From contig OX597842.1 in the NCBI GenBank assembly GCA_951406725.2, positions 31,744,001-31,808,000 of the forward strand: 64,000 nucleotides of DNA, given 5' to 3'. Positions 30,309-43,184 of the stretch are shown here, one piece after another. The notes under the pieces were generated by a model. It searched no databases and was not told the DNA's origin. It saw nothing but the letters and a program-made list of their open reading frames with translations. The position numbers were made by a program, and so were the translations under genes. This DNA comes from Octopus vulgaris. Taxonomy: Eukaryota. How positions within the stretch are numbered: position 1 is the stretch's first letter; each line of letters opens with the position of its first letter.

Positions 30309-30935
30309 TAAAGGAATTTGATAAATTAAGTAAATATAAAGACCTGGAAATTGAAATACAAAAGATGTGGCATCTTAAAGCTAGAACTGTTCCTGTTATT
30401 GTAGGTGCCCTAAAAGACATCTCAATAAGATCCCAGAACTGTGTCTCAGAGAAATCCAAAAGATTGTGGTGACAAGTACTGCCCACATCCTTAGATAAAC
30501 CCTATCCATTTAAATGAAGTTATTCTGGAACTGCCCTTGTCACTTCTCCCCAAGATTTCAATCATACTGTAACATCTCTTATCCTTTACTTGCCCCAGAA
30601 AACTGGGTGTGTCTTGGCAAGTGATTGTAACAAACATGCAGATTAAAAGTAAAAAATAATACTAAAAAAAAAAAAGGAAGAAAAATGAAAGGAAACGTAA
30701 ATTCTTGCCAAGAGAACCGCTTTCCGTCAAAGAAACACTGCAACAAAAATTCCAAGCAAAAGCTCAATGAATATGAAGATTTGAGAAGAGAAACAAGTTT
30801 TACAAGCAAAATAAGCTGTTCACATCCAAGCTGAAAACATTCTACAGAGGAGAAAATAACTGTTGAAGACCTCACTCCCATGGAAGAAGTTAAAAACTTT
30901 TGGAAAAATATTTGGAGAGATGAAAAGACTTAGAA
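30185..30935 (+). mobile_element. (AAT)n tract followed by R4/Dong-like non-LTR fragments
   Basis: 30310-30512 reads KEFDKLSKYKDLEIEIQKMWHLKARTVPVIVGAL...TAHILR (REL endonuclease C-terminus). 30770-30930 resembles an RT N-terminal region (NKFYKQNKLF...VKNFWKNIW). Confidence 0.7.
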
Positions 30936-30939
30936 TGAT

Positions 30940-31230
30940 CTATACCTGACCCAACAATTTGATACCTCTGTAATTAATCCTATTTAATGCGTCACCTTTA
31001 CCGTTGTTGTAGTTGACTATGGTGCTGCTACAGCAGTCTTTAGGTATGACTCCTTCATGTATCACCTTGTTGACTATACAAGTACTAGACTATAGCCTAC
31101 ACTGTCAAATATTTTAAGCGTCCCAGTAGTGATTCCTGATGGGCTGGGGGCTTTCCCTATCTTCATACCCTTAATTGCTTTATCTACCGAGGTACTGTCA
31201 ATTAGAATAGTGGTCCCTCTGTTGGTCAAC
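30940..31230 (-). mobile_element. Decayed RTE RT fragment
   Basis: IDSTSVDKAIKGMKIGKAPSPSGIT matches the RTE at 26720-26830. Confidence 0.75.
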
Positions 31231-31312
31231 ATTATAAAATCAAAACTGCTGACAAATGGCACTAATTTCTTCCCAAATAATATTCAACAAAAGTAAAAAA
31301 AAAACAATTTAC

Positions 31313-31367
31313 CTGATTATGCAGCAGAACCATTTGCCAGAATTTCTTGGAAATATTCATTAAATTT
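31313..31367 (-). CDS. Macrodomain gene exon (55 bp): KFNEYFQEILANGSAA* with in-frame TAA
   Basis: Acceptor ttctaacag, donor cag|gtaaa; paralogous to exon 43185-43230; phase 0 in, phase 1 out. Confidence 0.75.
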
Positions 31368-31856
31368 CTGTTAGAAACAAACAAATAATTTATCATCACT
31401 CAATCAAAAACATAATTGATTTTCTATGTAACAGTAAAAAATTAGTCAAGATTCCATGTTATGCCCAAACACCAGCTGAATAATGACAAACCGATTTTAC
31501 TTAATTCCTCATTATTTTCAAAACTGATTAAAACAAAGGAAGAACATTTCTGTTGAAACAGACTGGCTTTGAGTAAATCCCAGTGAATTACTGGTATGTC
31601 AACAGTGCTTTACTTCAATGCTATATATACTGTCCTACAGAGTATATCTGCAGATGTGTACCCAACACTGTGGGTATAGATAAAAGGAGAAAGAAGAAAA
31701 GGAACGGGTCCAGCCAAACAATCTTTTCCTGTCCCCAACACATATTGTATACAGAAAGTGTTTATATGACACTCAGTTTATATACAGCTTGCTTACATCC
31801 ATCTACGCATACAAAGTAGAGTATATAAATACAAGACATTCACAATAGTCTATATA

Positions 31857-33306
31857 CAGGGTGTATCAGCAAAACTGTTACACTCACAAATTCTTAAAAC
31901 TTCCCCAAACCAATAAACTAATCGATTTGCAATTTCCCATGTTTTCCAAATAAGATGTCTGGCTATATTGACACAAGTTTTTGTAAGAATCAGTGAAATA
32001 TCCATTGAGATACTTAGCTAGAACAGACTGAAATCGTTTGTGCCAACCTCACCATGTCTTCCTTACTGATCAATGTTGAAAGGGCTAAGATCATCCAGCT
32101 CTTAAGTAATGGTACCAACATTCATTCTCTGGCTTCTATCTTCAATGTCCATTCAAGAGCCATCAAGAGAATTGTTAATAAGTTTGAGAAAGTGGGGATA
32201 GTGGAAGGAAAAAACTGGATCTGGAGGTCATATCCACAAGAGGGCTCATCATTTCAATCTGGAGCTGAAGAGATCAATCAGAACAGATCCAACTCAATCC
32301 AAAAGATGCTTAGCATATGAGAGAGGAGTTTCAGCTATGACAGTTTAAAGAGCAGTGATAAGGGACTTGAAAATGAAATCGTATGTGAGACCTATGAGGT
32401 ATCTTGTTACTCCAGAACAAAATGTTAGAAGGTTGGAGAGGATCTTGAACAAAGTGAAACAATCCTGGAGTCATTTTCAGGTGCACAAACTCTGCCAAGG
32501 TGATGATTTTCGCCTGTACAGCCTTTGATGGTAAGAAGATGCCACTGATCATGTTTGATAAGGTTGAGAGACTGATAGGAGTTTGTTATGTTCAGGTTTT
32601 GAAAGATGTAAAGACCTGGATTCTTTGTGAATCAAGAAGTAAGAAACAAGGGAAACCCCAAATCATTAAGGACTTCAAATTTACATTCCAGCAAGATGAA
32701 GCTCCTTTTCACACAAATGCAATGGTACAAAAATTTGGGGGATAGGAACACTTGACCCCTTTCATCACCTGATTTTAACCCTTTAGACTTCAGCATCTAG
32801 AATGAACTGGTTTAGAAAAGCTTGTGAGAAGCCCCACAGTAACCTTCAAACCCTCAAAAACCCTATGATGTAGGACGTAGGAGGAAGACATTGATGAAGA
32901 ATTCATTAAGAAAGCTTGTGGTATGGTCAGGAAGTGGGTTGAGGAAGGCATTGCCAAAAGAGGAGAAACTCTTGATGCCTAAAAGATAGAATTTTGGTTA
33001 GAATTTTCTCAGGCACTTTGAAATAAAATTTTAAGCTTCCATTTAAAATTTATTCCAATCCTTTATGAGATCTCCATCCAAAGCTATGGTTAATTATTCA
33101 TGAAAATGTCATTTTCGTCCATAATCAACTTCATAACGATACTTCTGGTAAGTTTTGTGAGTAATTAACATTTTTCTTACTCAAAGTAGAGTCCAATAGC
33201 ATTGGAAAAACCTCTGATAGTTTCATTAAGTTATCTTTAAGCATTCCTGAGATACAAAGGTTCAAAGCTGACTCTAAAATGTGGACAATTTTGGTTGTAC
33301 ACCTTG
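31857..33306 (+). mobile_element. Decayed Tc1/mariner-superfamily (maT/DD37D-like) DNA transposon
   Basis: Degenerate TIRs cagggtgtatcagcaaaactgttacac / gtggacaattttggttgtacaccttg. HTH ORF 32054..32320, FQQDEAPFH and SPDFNPLDF motifs. Confidence 0.8.
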
Positions 33307-33625
33307 CTCAGTGGTTACAGCATCAGACACACAATCATAAGGTAGCGAGTTTGATTCCTGTATAGTGTTCTTGAGAAAGACACTTTATTTCACATTGTTC
33401 CAGTCACTCAGCAGTAGAAATGAGTTGCAGCATCACTGGTGCCAACCTGTATCAGTCTTTTCTCTTGGGCATGGTATGGAAAAGAGAAACTGGTATGCAT
33501 AGGCAACTGGCTGCTCTCCCACAAAACAACCTTGCCTAGACTTCTGCTTTGGAGGGAAGCTTTCTAGGTGCAATCCATGGTCATTCATGACCGAAGGATG
33601 GGGGGGGGGTCTTTACCCTTTTTAC
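33306..33625 (+). mobile_element. tRNA-derived SINE
   Basis: A-box gctcagtggtt and B-box-like gagtttgattcc; tail tttaccctttttac. Confidence 0.6.
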
Positions 33626-33699
33626 ACAAGACTTTACATTACTTTACACATATATATATAACAAAACAGACATTTGGAATATTTATTGATATTATTTAA

Positions 33700-34630
33700 T
33701 CACCATTACGCACTTCATTTGCTAACAGGATGCCCAGAATTTTCAACTGGATAACTACAGTGAGAGGATAACTACAGCCACCTGAAGAACCATAAGAAGA
33801 GAAGGATTAGACATACAGCTAGCCCACTCCGGCCCCTCTCTGAGAGGACACCTTGCAAAGAAATGAGCAATGGACAGCAATCAATGCACACTAGCTAACT
33901 GCCCCGTCCATGACACAGATTTATGCCAATGGCTAAATGTTGTGTATAGAATACAATGCAACAGATGCAACAAGTTCTATGTGGGTAGCACAACAAGACT
34001 GTTACACGTCCACATCAAAGAACATCTGAACACGAGAGCCTCCTTTTTCAGAAAACATCTAGACAGATGCCGGAATACCGGCAAAAGCATAACAGTCACA
34101 ACTGAGGCCAATGAAAGAAATTTGGGTAATTTAAGAATTAAGGAAGCTATTTTCAAAGAAAGACTAGCACCCCAAATTAACAACAGGCTGGAAATTAGCA
34201 AAGAATATATTATTTAGCTACATCTGGATGCGAGTAAGTGCATTTCTGGTAACATGCTCATGATTGCACGTATAATACATAACTTAGAAGCACCGCTGCA
34301 GATATGCCAACACACTTGAGACATAGCCGTCCTCATGCACTTCTAATGAGGAACTCCAGAAGGAGCTTCATGAGACCACTGCAGAGACACTTCCAAAAAA
34401 AAAAAAAATTCAGTAACCATCGGAGAACCGATTATAGTAGTGACTTGATCAGATCAATTTCTAGCGATATCTGAAGAAAGAATTTTTGTATCCCAAAATA
34501 TTATATCAGACTATGGATAATTAAATTATAATTAGTTATTATAGTCCACTCTGCATTGTTGCGCCATTCAAGACACTTTATATTTCATAAACAATACACA
34601 ACGCTTCAAGCGATCTACAATACTCTGCTA
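33700..34630 (+). mobile_element. Penelope-like element fragment with GIY-YIG endonuclease and downstream pLTR
   Basis: ORF 33870..34217: NVVYRIQCNRCNKFYVGSTTR...EH...LRIKEAIF...PQINNR. Degenerate hammerhead at 34466-34507. Confidence 0.85.
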
Positions 34631-34832
34631 TATATATATATATACAAAATTAGAGAATGGAGAAACATACTTAAATCAATAAAACATCAACTATCCGATG
34701 ATACCCAATCAATACTTTAATACACCATTACATATGAGTAGAGGCATTATACAAAAAGAGATATACATTAATAGTAAAAAGATAAAGAGATATAAGTAAA
34801 AAATTTCAAATATAATATGCAATTAATCAAAA

Positions 34833-34940
34833 CTGACAGCTGTTTCGGCAGTGAGGGCAGTCATACCTCATTTAACCTATAAGCCATAAAGGCAGGTATA
34901 AATGAGGCATTAACAAGGATGCCCCACGGCGTCTTCAGAG
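34833..34940 (-). ncRNA. Type I hammerhead motif with extended stem II (PLE pLTR)
   Basis: Minus strand: ct-CTGAAGA-cgccgtgggg...ccctcactgcc-GAA-ACAGCTGT-C-ag. Inner hairpin cctcattta/taaatgagg. Stem I weak. Confidence 0.7.
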
Positions 34941-35142
34941 AATTAAATTAAATTTGTTATAATTGTGAAAAATATTATATAATCATATACATATAAATAT
35001 AAAAATGTAAAATATAAAAACTTATACATCATAATGCTACACTTATATAATATAATACACATTGGTACAATAAAGGAAGGTAAACAGAACAAAATAAAAC
35101 AAAATATATATCAGTGTATATATATATATATATATATATATT

Positions 35143-35370
35143 TCTTTACTACCCACAAGGGGCAAAACATAGAGGGGACAAACAAGGACAGACAAAGGGA
35201 TTAAGTCGATTACATCGACCCCCTTGCATAACTGGTACTCAATTTGTCGACCCCGAAAGGATGAAAGGCAAAGTCGACCTTGGCGGAATTTGAACTCAGA
35301 ACGAAACGGCAGACAAAATACTGCTAAGCATTTCACCTGGTGTGCTAACGATTCTGCCAGCTCACCGCCT
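35143..35370 (-). mobile_element. tRNA-derived SINE with Nin/Deu-like central domain
   Basis: B-box gagttcaaattcc and cctttcatcctttcggggtcga...agtaccag on minus; a diverged second copy at ~35610-35810. Confidence 0.75.
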
Positions 35371-35522
35371 ATATATATATAAAGTATGGAACAAGGGCAG
35401 TAAATTATCATGAGGGTTGTAAATTATCATGAGACCCCAGACCCCAGTTGAACCGTCCAACCCATGCTAGCATGGAAAACGGACGCTAAATGATGATGAT
35501 GATGATGATATATATATGTTTG

Positions 35523-35578
<56 letters not shown>

Positions 35579-35875
35579 CATGCACTCACAGACATGGACC
35601 CACACATAAGCATAAGGTCTGAAATTTTGGAGGAGGGGACTAGGTGATTAGATAGACCCCAGTATGCAACTGGTACTTTATTTATCGGCCCCAAAAAAAG
35701 ATAAAAGGTAAAGTTGACCTCAGCAGAATTTGAACTCAGAACATAAAAAACATAAATACCACTAAGCATATCGCCCGGCATGATAACGTTTCTGCCCTGT
35801 TGCTGCCTTTATCTATTGCACAGTAGTCTGTGCAATATTAAATGCATTCAAACTATCATTACTTGGTTTGATTTC

Positions 35876-35935
<60 letters not shown>

Positions 35936-35936
<1 letters not shown>

Positions 35937-36549
35937 CACCATCCGAGCGTGGCCGTTTGCCAGCCTCGTCTGGCACCTGTGTCGGTGGCACATAAAAAGC
36001 ACCATCCGAGCGTGGCCGTTTGCCAGCCTCGTCTGGCACCTGTGTCGGTGGCACATAAAAAACACCATCCGAGCGAGGCCGTTTGCCAGCTTCGTCTGGC
36101 ACCTGTGTCGGTGGCACATAAAAAACACCATCCGAGCGTGGCCGTTTGCCAGCCTCGTCTGGCACCTGTGTCGGTGGCACATAAAAAACACCATCCGAGC
36201 GTGGCCGTTTGCCAGCCTCGTCTGGCACCTGTGTCGGTGGCACATAAAAAACACCATCCGAGCGTGGCCGTTTGCCAGCCTCGTCTGGCACCTGTGTCGG
36301 TGGCACATAAAAAACACCATCCGAGCGTGGCCGTTTGCCAGCCTCGTCTGGCACCTGTGTCGGTGGCACATAAAATCACCCACTACACTCTCGGAGTGGT
36401 TGGCGTTAGGAAGGGCATCCAGCTGTAGAAACACTGCCAGATCTGACTGGACTGGTGCAGCTTTCGGGCTCCCCAGACCCCAGTTGAACCGTCCAACCCA
36501 TGCTAGCATGGAAAGCGGACGTTAAATGATGATGATGATGATGATGATG
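35936..36549 (+). mobile_element. RTE 3'-UTR or SINE copy with 7 tandem 63-bp modules
   Basis: acaccatccgagcgtggccgtttgccagcctcgtctggcacctgtgtcggtggcacataaaaa x7 (35936-36375), then the RTE terminus and (gat)n. Confidence 0.9.
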
Positions 36550-36646
36550 TTATTTCTATTTTCTTTTCTTTATTGCGGAATATTGGTTTTTGGTAAATTC
36601 CAAGAATATCAACATCAAACAACAAACAACAAATACATCAACCAAC

Positions 36647-36874
36647 CTTTACTATTTCTTTGTCTGGAGGAAAAACAACGAAGTTTACAACTTTGATCTG
36701 GTTTGAATTTAGATTTGAGTAGCTTTTCACTGCTTCATACATAGTTCTAGGTAGTTTTTCAACAGGGTACCTCAGTACTCCAGATCCTATTATAGGAAAT
36801 GCAAGGCTTTCTGCTCCCATTCTCTCCGCAGTGTGTAAGCATATGGTAATCATTTGAGTCAAGTTTGCCAGAAT
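36647..36874 (-). CDS. PARP9/14/15-like macrodomain exon (C-terminal half)
   Basis: 228 bp, AG/GT, phase 0/0: ILANLTQMITICLHTAERMGAESLAFPIIGSGVLRYP...IKVVNFVVFPPDKEIVK. Confidence 0.9.
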
Positions 36875-37484
36875 CTAAAAAAAATAATTGTTTAGTAATT
36901 GATAATGAACATTTTATTAAATTATTTTCTTATTACAGGAAGAAACCATTAAGTTGTAATAAATATATCCTCCTCTCACAACTCCTCTCACTCCTACCAC
37001 TTCTAAACACAACTGTCATTCCTATCACTCTTTAGTCCTGCAAGGGACAAGGCAACCTCACTCATGATGCTGCTACAATAAAACAGACCCAATCCACCGT
37101 GTAAAATGGTTGGTGAATGAAGAGAGACAATGCAGACCCAAGAGGAGTCTTTAGTGTTGTTGAGGACATGACAACCTCTCTAGTGCTCGTGCCATGACAG
37201 AGAAAAACTCACCAATACAGAGAGTAAAACAGAGAAATATGTTTTAATATAGTCTTATTTATCAGTCACATAACTGTTGTTAGGCCATGAGGCTTTTTTC
37301 CTTCTATTTATATATAAAAGTGTCCTGTTCATCGATATCTTCGGCTTCCTTCCAATGATAACTTGGAAGAACAAATATTAAACAGGATGCTGACATTTGC
37401 TTTATGATTCTCACACAACATGCATAAGGTTCTCTTCAAACATTAACTGTTTCAATAAATCAATATCATATGATTGATACTTAC

Positions 37485-37712
37485 TAAATCAGAGGAATTT
37501 TCATCCCAGGGAGGTAATACCAGATGAAATACATTCTTACATTTGAGGTTATATCCTTTAGTGACGGCTATTTTATATGTAGAAATACCTCGAGGATATT
37601 TCTGGTTACATTCATATTGTATCTCTGAACCAGCAGCAAAGAGAATATATTTGGAGAGAGAACCATTGTTAAGCTGGAGGTTTTTATTGGTGCTGTTAAT
37701 GATGACATCAAC
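37485..37712 (-). CDS. PARP9/14/15-like macrodomain exon (N-terminal half)
   Basis: 228 bp, ttgtag|...|gtaagt, phase 0/0: VDVIINSTNKNLQLNNGSLSKYILFAAGSEIQYEC...TKGYNLKCKNVFHLVLPPW. Confidence 0.9.
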
Positions 37713-37986
37713 CTACAAAAGTAATTAATGGTAAACAACTAAGGAACATTCCGTGGAGAGAAGAGAAATACATTGTTGATATTGTTGTTAAGAAAGGCTC
37801 TACAGAATGGCTGTAGTAAGTTTGAGGTTGTTAAAGTTAGCAAAAGATACACTCAAGATATCAGATGTGAAGGAAATAAAATGTTTGAGTTAGATTGAGA
37901 AAATGTTTTAATTAACTGTAATGATTCCTCATTTGCAAATGAAATAACAATTAAATACAAATATGTTAGTGAATCTATTTACTCAC

Positions 37987-38123
37987 AGATGCATTAGAAA
38001 TTGAATCAGTCATTAGGTTTATTTCAATGCCAGCATTTTTTCCGGATGCCATATTAGTTCTGGGTGTCATAGGGGCTGCTTTCTGTTGTGGACCAGGAAG
38101 GGATGGGTTTGGTGATGCAGTGT
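37987..38123 (-). CDS. Macrodomain gene exon (Pro-rich linker and first macro strand)
   Basis: 137 bp, ttttcag|...|gtgagt, phase 1/0: DTASPNPSLPGPQQKAAP...GIEINLMTDSISNAS. Confidence 0.82.
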
Positions 38124-39169
38124 CTGAAAAGAATAAACAAATATCAAGGTGTATGTTGTATGTTATGTATACATATCATCATGATGATAATTGTTTAATG
38201 CCTGCTTTCCATGCGGGCATGGGTTGGATGGTTTCACTGAGGACTGGCAAGCCAGGAGGCTGTACCAGGTTCCAATCTGATCTGGCAAGGTTTTTACAGC
38301 TGGATGCCCTTCCTAACACCAACCACTCCGTGAGTGTTGTGGGCGCATTTTGTGTGCCACTGGCATGTGGGTCAATCAGGCAGCACTGGCACTGACCATG
38401 CTAGAATAGTACTTTTTATGTGTCACTGGCACGTGAGCCAGTCAGTTGGTAGTAGCATCGACCACACTCGAATGGTGCTTTTTATACATGTATCTATATT
38501 CTTTTATTTGTTTCAGTCATTTCACTGAAGCCATGCTAGAACACCACATCTAGTTGAACAAATCAGCTACAGGACTTACTCTTTGTAAGACTAGTACTGA
38601 TCTCTCGTAGTATTGATCTCTCTTGCCGAGCAACTTTGATTTCCAACCTAGCACACATCTAAAACCTGTTTTTACAGTACAAATTATGATTACTTTATTA
38701 TTTCATTATGTATGTCAGCATAGTCTTCCAAGCTGTATGTTTCGAGAAAAAAACTTAAGATCCCTATGCTCAATCCAGCTCTCCCTTTCTCTTACACTCA
38801 TTTATTATTGCCATTCAGCCATTCATTCATTTAATTTTGTCATAGTTTGGCTGACTGAAAACTGTTGCTTATAGCTCTAGTTAAGAATGCAAATGTCCAA
38901 TTCTATCTCATTATTATTATTATTATTATTATTCCACACCAGCAGCCAGAGTGTTTGCTGTTTCACAGAAGTCTTTATTCTCAGACCTCTATCGGATGTC
39001 TTTCCCCTGAACATTTCCAAAGGCTTAATGCTCTCCCGTCCCTACTTAGGGTTTATCTCCTATGTAATGTAGTGATTATGTAGCACATAAAATGATGGTG
39101 TAGTGTATGAAGGGTGAAGGCTAATGTATGTTTATGAGTTCAACCAAATGTGAGCTTTCTTTTCAGGTA

Positions 39170-40270
39170 TATGATACTGCAGTCCCCCATCCCAGGGTTT
39201 CTCAGGCCCACACCTCCCACATCCATAGGGTTGGCACACTGACAGATAGGTCTGGTGAGATTCTTGAAATGCTCGAGCAGAGATATGTAGATTTGTGCTG
39301 CATCCAAGAAGTAAGGTGGAGAGGAGGTTCTGCTAGGTTCCTCACAGGCAAAGAACATAGGTGTAAGATTTTCTGGGTAGGGAACACACATGGGGTCGGG
39401 GGCGTGGGTATACTTCTTGCAGAGAAATGGGTTGATAAGGTAATCGAGGTAGTCAGAGTCTGCTATAGAATACTTAGGATTAGATTAGTGCTGCAACATG
39501 GATTAGCAACCATTATCTCAGCTTATGCTCCTCAGCCAGGGCTACCTGATGAACAGAAAGACTAATTTTATGACACCCTTCCTCTTGCAGATTACCTTGT
39601 GGATGAACAACAGGGACCTTCTCTTTGTGGCTGGCAACTTCAATGGACAAGTTGGACAACATGCAAGGGGCTTCCATGGCATACACTGATGCTACGGTTT
39701 TGGTTCCTGTAATGAGGAGGGAACCAGGCTGCTGGAGTTCTACGATGCAAATGATCTTCTGGTTTGTAATGATAACTTCAGGAAACCTGCCAGTCATCTA
39801 TTCACCTACTGATCTGGTGGACACACTAGTCAAAATGATTACACCCTCACCAGGAAATGGGAAAGATGGCTACCTATAAATGCCAAAATGTTCCCATGTC
39901 AAGAATGTACCTCACAACATAGATTAGTAGTTAGTGACTTCAGGATCAGGGCTAAATGGATGACCAGCATGGACAAGAAGGGTCTGGAAGCTTAAGGATC
40001 TTGTGAATGGATAGAGATTTAGAGACATATTAGTCAAAGCTTTTGACAAAATAGAAGGGGACATAGCATCACATGATGTTGAAGACAACTGGAGGTTCCA
40101 ACAGAACAACATGTTGAGGACCACGAAACAGATCTGTGGATGGTGCAAAGTCCCCTCTCGACCCAAGGTAATTTAGTGGTGGAACAATGTAGTTAAAAGG
40201 GCCATTAGGGAAAAGAAACAGGCTTGGAAGGACTGGAAGAATGGTGGTAGCAGTGAATTGTTGCAGGAAG
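39170..40270 (+). mobile_element. Decayed RTE (APE domain onward)
   Basis: VDLCCIQEVRW, GVGILL and ISAYAPQ, with stops and frameshifts. Confidence 0.85.
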
Positions 40271-40380
40271 AATGCTAGAGAAGCACATGATCTATTATAT
40301 ACAGATAATTCAGTTCTAAATAAAGTAAAATCTAGAAAGAAAAATTTAACAATAGCATGGATAGATAATAAGAAAGCCAG

Positions 40381-41526
40381 ATCTGTTCAATCTGGCTCAC
40401 AGATTTTTTATTAATTTTTTTTTAACTAAACAGTTTGAAATTTTGTATACTGGTGAAATTTCTCATGCAAAATATGGTTTACTTTAAACATTTTTGACAA
40501 AATTTCGTATTTTAGAAGTTATTTCATGTTAAAGTTGTTGCATTTGGGTAACTCTAACCAATCAAAAACATGTATTCAGTTGAAGAAAGCTACTGCTGTT
40601 TGCGATAGTAATTGAAGAGGAACAACTTCCAGGTAATTTCTACTAAATGTCGCCACTCTGCACTATTTTATTTATTGTTTACTGTCCATGTTGCATATTA
40701 TACACATTTTTTTTTGTTTTAGGTTCTTGCATCGGAGTAACACTGATCGACACTATGAGATATATTATTATTGTTATGATTTTATCTTACTATAATCATC
40801 AACAAACACTTTTCATCAATATGAAAGTCTCTATTAGATTAAAAATAACATTATAAAAACATGACGGTAAAACAAAATAAATATGCTGTGTTTTCTTCCA
40901 GGAACCAATGTACTGAAGCCGTAGTCTTTCACATTGTTCACCAACCAATCTTTCCTTGAAAAATTCAGCAGAATCAGTCAATCTCCATACACAAATTATT
41001 TTCCTCCTGAAACTTATAAAAAAGTACACATATTAGGCGCACTTTTCCATAAAGGGCACTCTAAATTTTCCAGGTAAAAAATAGTGACTTATACACCAGA
41101 AATACGGTAATTGTAGTGGTAGAGACAAGTTCACTCACTGGTTGCTAGTTGATAGTGTAGAAGTGGCTGTCTGCCAGTAGGGAGGGAAAGAGTAAGGAAT
41201 GCATGGTGCTGACTAGGAAGGAAGAAAGGATAAAGGTGACATTGTCTTCGCTCGACATACGAATAGAATAGAGTGGTGACATTTAGTAGAGATGACCCGT
41301 AAGTTGTTCCTCTTCAATTACTATCACAAACAGCAGTAGCTTTCGTTAACTGAATACACATCGTTGATTGGTTAAAATTACCCAAATACAACAACTTTAA
41401 CCTGAAATAACTTCTAAAATATGAAATTTTGTCAAAAATGTTTAAAGTAAACTGTTCTGACTGAGAGATTCTACCAGTATACAAAGTTTCAAAAATTAAA
41501 AAATTTGTACGCCAAACTGAACAGAT
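40381..41526. mobile_element. MITE-like element with ~230-250-bp diverged terminal inverted repeats
   Basis: 40381-40628 is reverse-complementary to 41301-41526 (atctgttca...gaggaacaactt / aagttgttcctc...tgaacagat). Confidence 0.75.
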
Positions 41527-42039
41527 GCAGAAAGCCTATGATATGATTCTACACACATGGATAACTGAATGTTTGAGAATATTCAGTATTGCAGACAACA
41601 TAGAGAGACACCTACCTCTTACCCAGGGACACAGGGTAAGGCCATCTGGTTGCTTTCTGCCATTGCCATCATCATTTAACATCCTCCTTCCATGCTAGCA
41701 TGAGTTGGATGGTTTTACAGAAGCCTGCACCAGACTTCTGTAATTGTCTTGGTTGGATTCTTACAGCTGGATGCCCTTCCTAACACCAACCACTTAGCAG
41801 TGCTTTTTACATGGCACAATCACAGGTGAGGTCAGTTTTGGCAAGATTTTTACAGCTGGATGCCCTTCCAAATAGCAACCACTTCACAGCGTAGACAGGG
41901 TACTTTTTAAGTGGCACCAGCAGGGTAACCAAGTAACCTTGCAAGACAAAGGAGAGGCAGCACTGGAGGAGGGGAGCTTGTGCCAGATGATGAATGGTTG
42001 GAGAGAGACAGAAACAGATGTCTTGCTGTAGAGGAGATA

Positions 42040-42775
42040 CATGGTTACAGAGAGAGAGAGAGAGAGAGAGAAGAAATAGAGAGAGAAAGAAGAAAGGGAG
42101 CAACAGAGAGAGAAAGAAGAAAGGGAGCAACAGAGAGAGAAGAAGGAGAGAGAGAGAAGAAAGAGAGAGAGAAGAAAGGGAGAGAGAGAAGAAAGGGGGA
42201 GACAGAGAGAAGAAAAGGAGAGAGGGAGAAGGGGAGAAAGAGAAGAAATGGAGAGAGAGAAGAAAAAGATGGAGAGAAGAAGGGGAGAGAGAGAGAGAGA
42301 AGAAAGGGAGAGAGAGAGAGAAGGTAGGGAGAGAGAGAAGAAAGGGAAAGAGGGATAGGAAAGGGAGAGATAAGAAAGAGAGAGAGAGAAGAAAGGGTGA
42401 GAGAAGAAATGGAGAGAGAGAGAGAAGAAAGGGAGAGACAGAGAGGGTATAAAATCTTCTGGGAAGGTAACAGAGAGAAGAAAAGGGAGGGAGGGAAGGG
42501 GAGAGATAGAGAGAGAAGAAAAGAAGAGATAGAAGAAAGGGAGAGAGAGAGAGAAGAAAGGGTGAGAGAGAAGAAAGGGTGAGAAAGAAGAAGGGGAGAA
42601 GGGAATTGAAGAAAAGGAGAGAAAGTGAGAGAGAAAGAGAAGAAGGGGAGAGAGAGAAGAGAAGAGAAGAAAGAGAGAGAGAGAAGAAAGGGAGAGAGAG
42701 AGGAGAGAGAGAGAAGAGGGGGAGAGAGAAGAAAGGGAGAGTGAGAGAAGAAAGGGGGAGAAGGGAGTGAGAGAT
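42040..42775. repeat. GA-rich low-complexity tract
   Basis: gagagagaagaaaggga-type degenerate repeats. Confidence 0.95.
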
Positions 42776-43184
42776 AACATGAAAGAAGGTAGTAACAGAT
42801 GTTCTGGTGTAAATGAGATGAATGGTTACCTAGTTGGAGGGAAGAGCAAGGGAAGGAGAGAGGGAGAGAGAGGGTGTATGGTTAAGAATGAGAGCAGAAA
42901 CAGGCATGCTGCTGAAGAGGAGATACATGGTTACCCAATGTGAGAGAGAAGACAGAAGGAGGGAGATACGTGGTTACCCTACCAGAGGGAAAGCAAAGGG
43001 AGAGAGGGAGAGTAGGAGTGGAAGAGAGGTGCTAGGGTATCCTGGCAAAGGATAGGGACCATGGCCTAGATGGGATGGTAAAGTAAGAAAGATAGAAGTA
43101 AATGGTGGAAGGCCAGGTGCCAGGGCACACCCCACAGGTATAGAGGTCATAATAATATTCAATATTAATGAACAAATTATTTAC

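Noticed and set aside
33776-33815. ccacCTGAAGA as another hammerhead
   Set aside because: No stem II, GAAA or closing stem I found downstream.
35813-36509. ORFs with 21-aa repeats, and the CRISPR-like look of the 63-bp array
   Set aside because: The 63-bp unit is a multiple of 3 and open in several frames on both strands. It is a TE 3'-UTR module without spacers.
41884-43055. Leu/Ser-rich and Arg/Glu-rich ORFs
   Set aside because: Translation of a GA/CT low-complexity tract.
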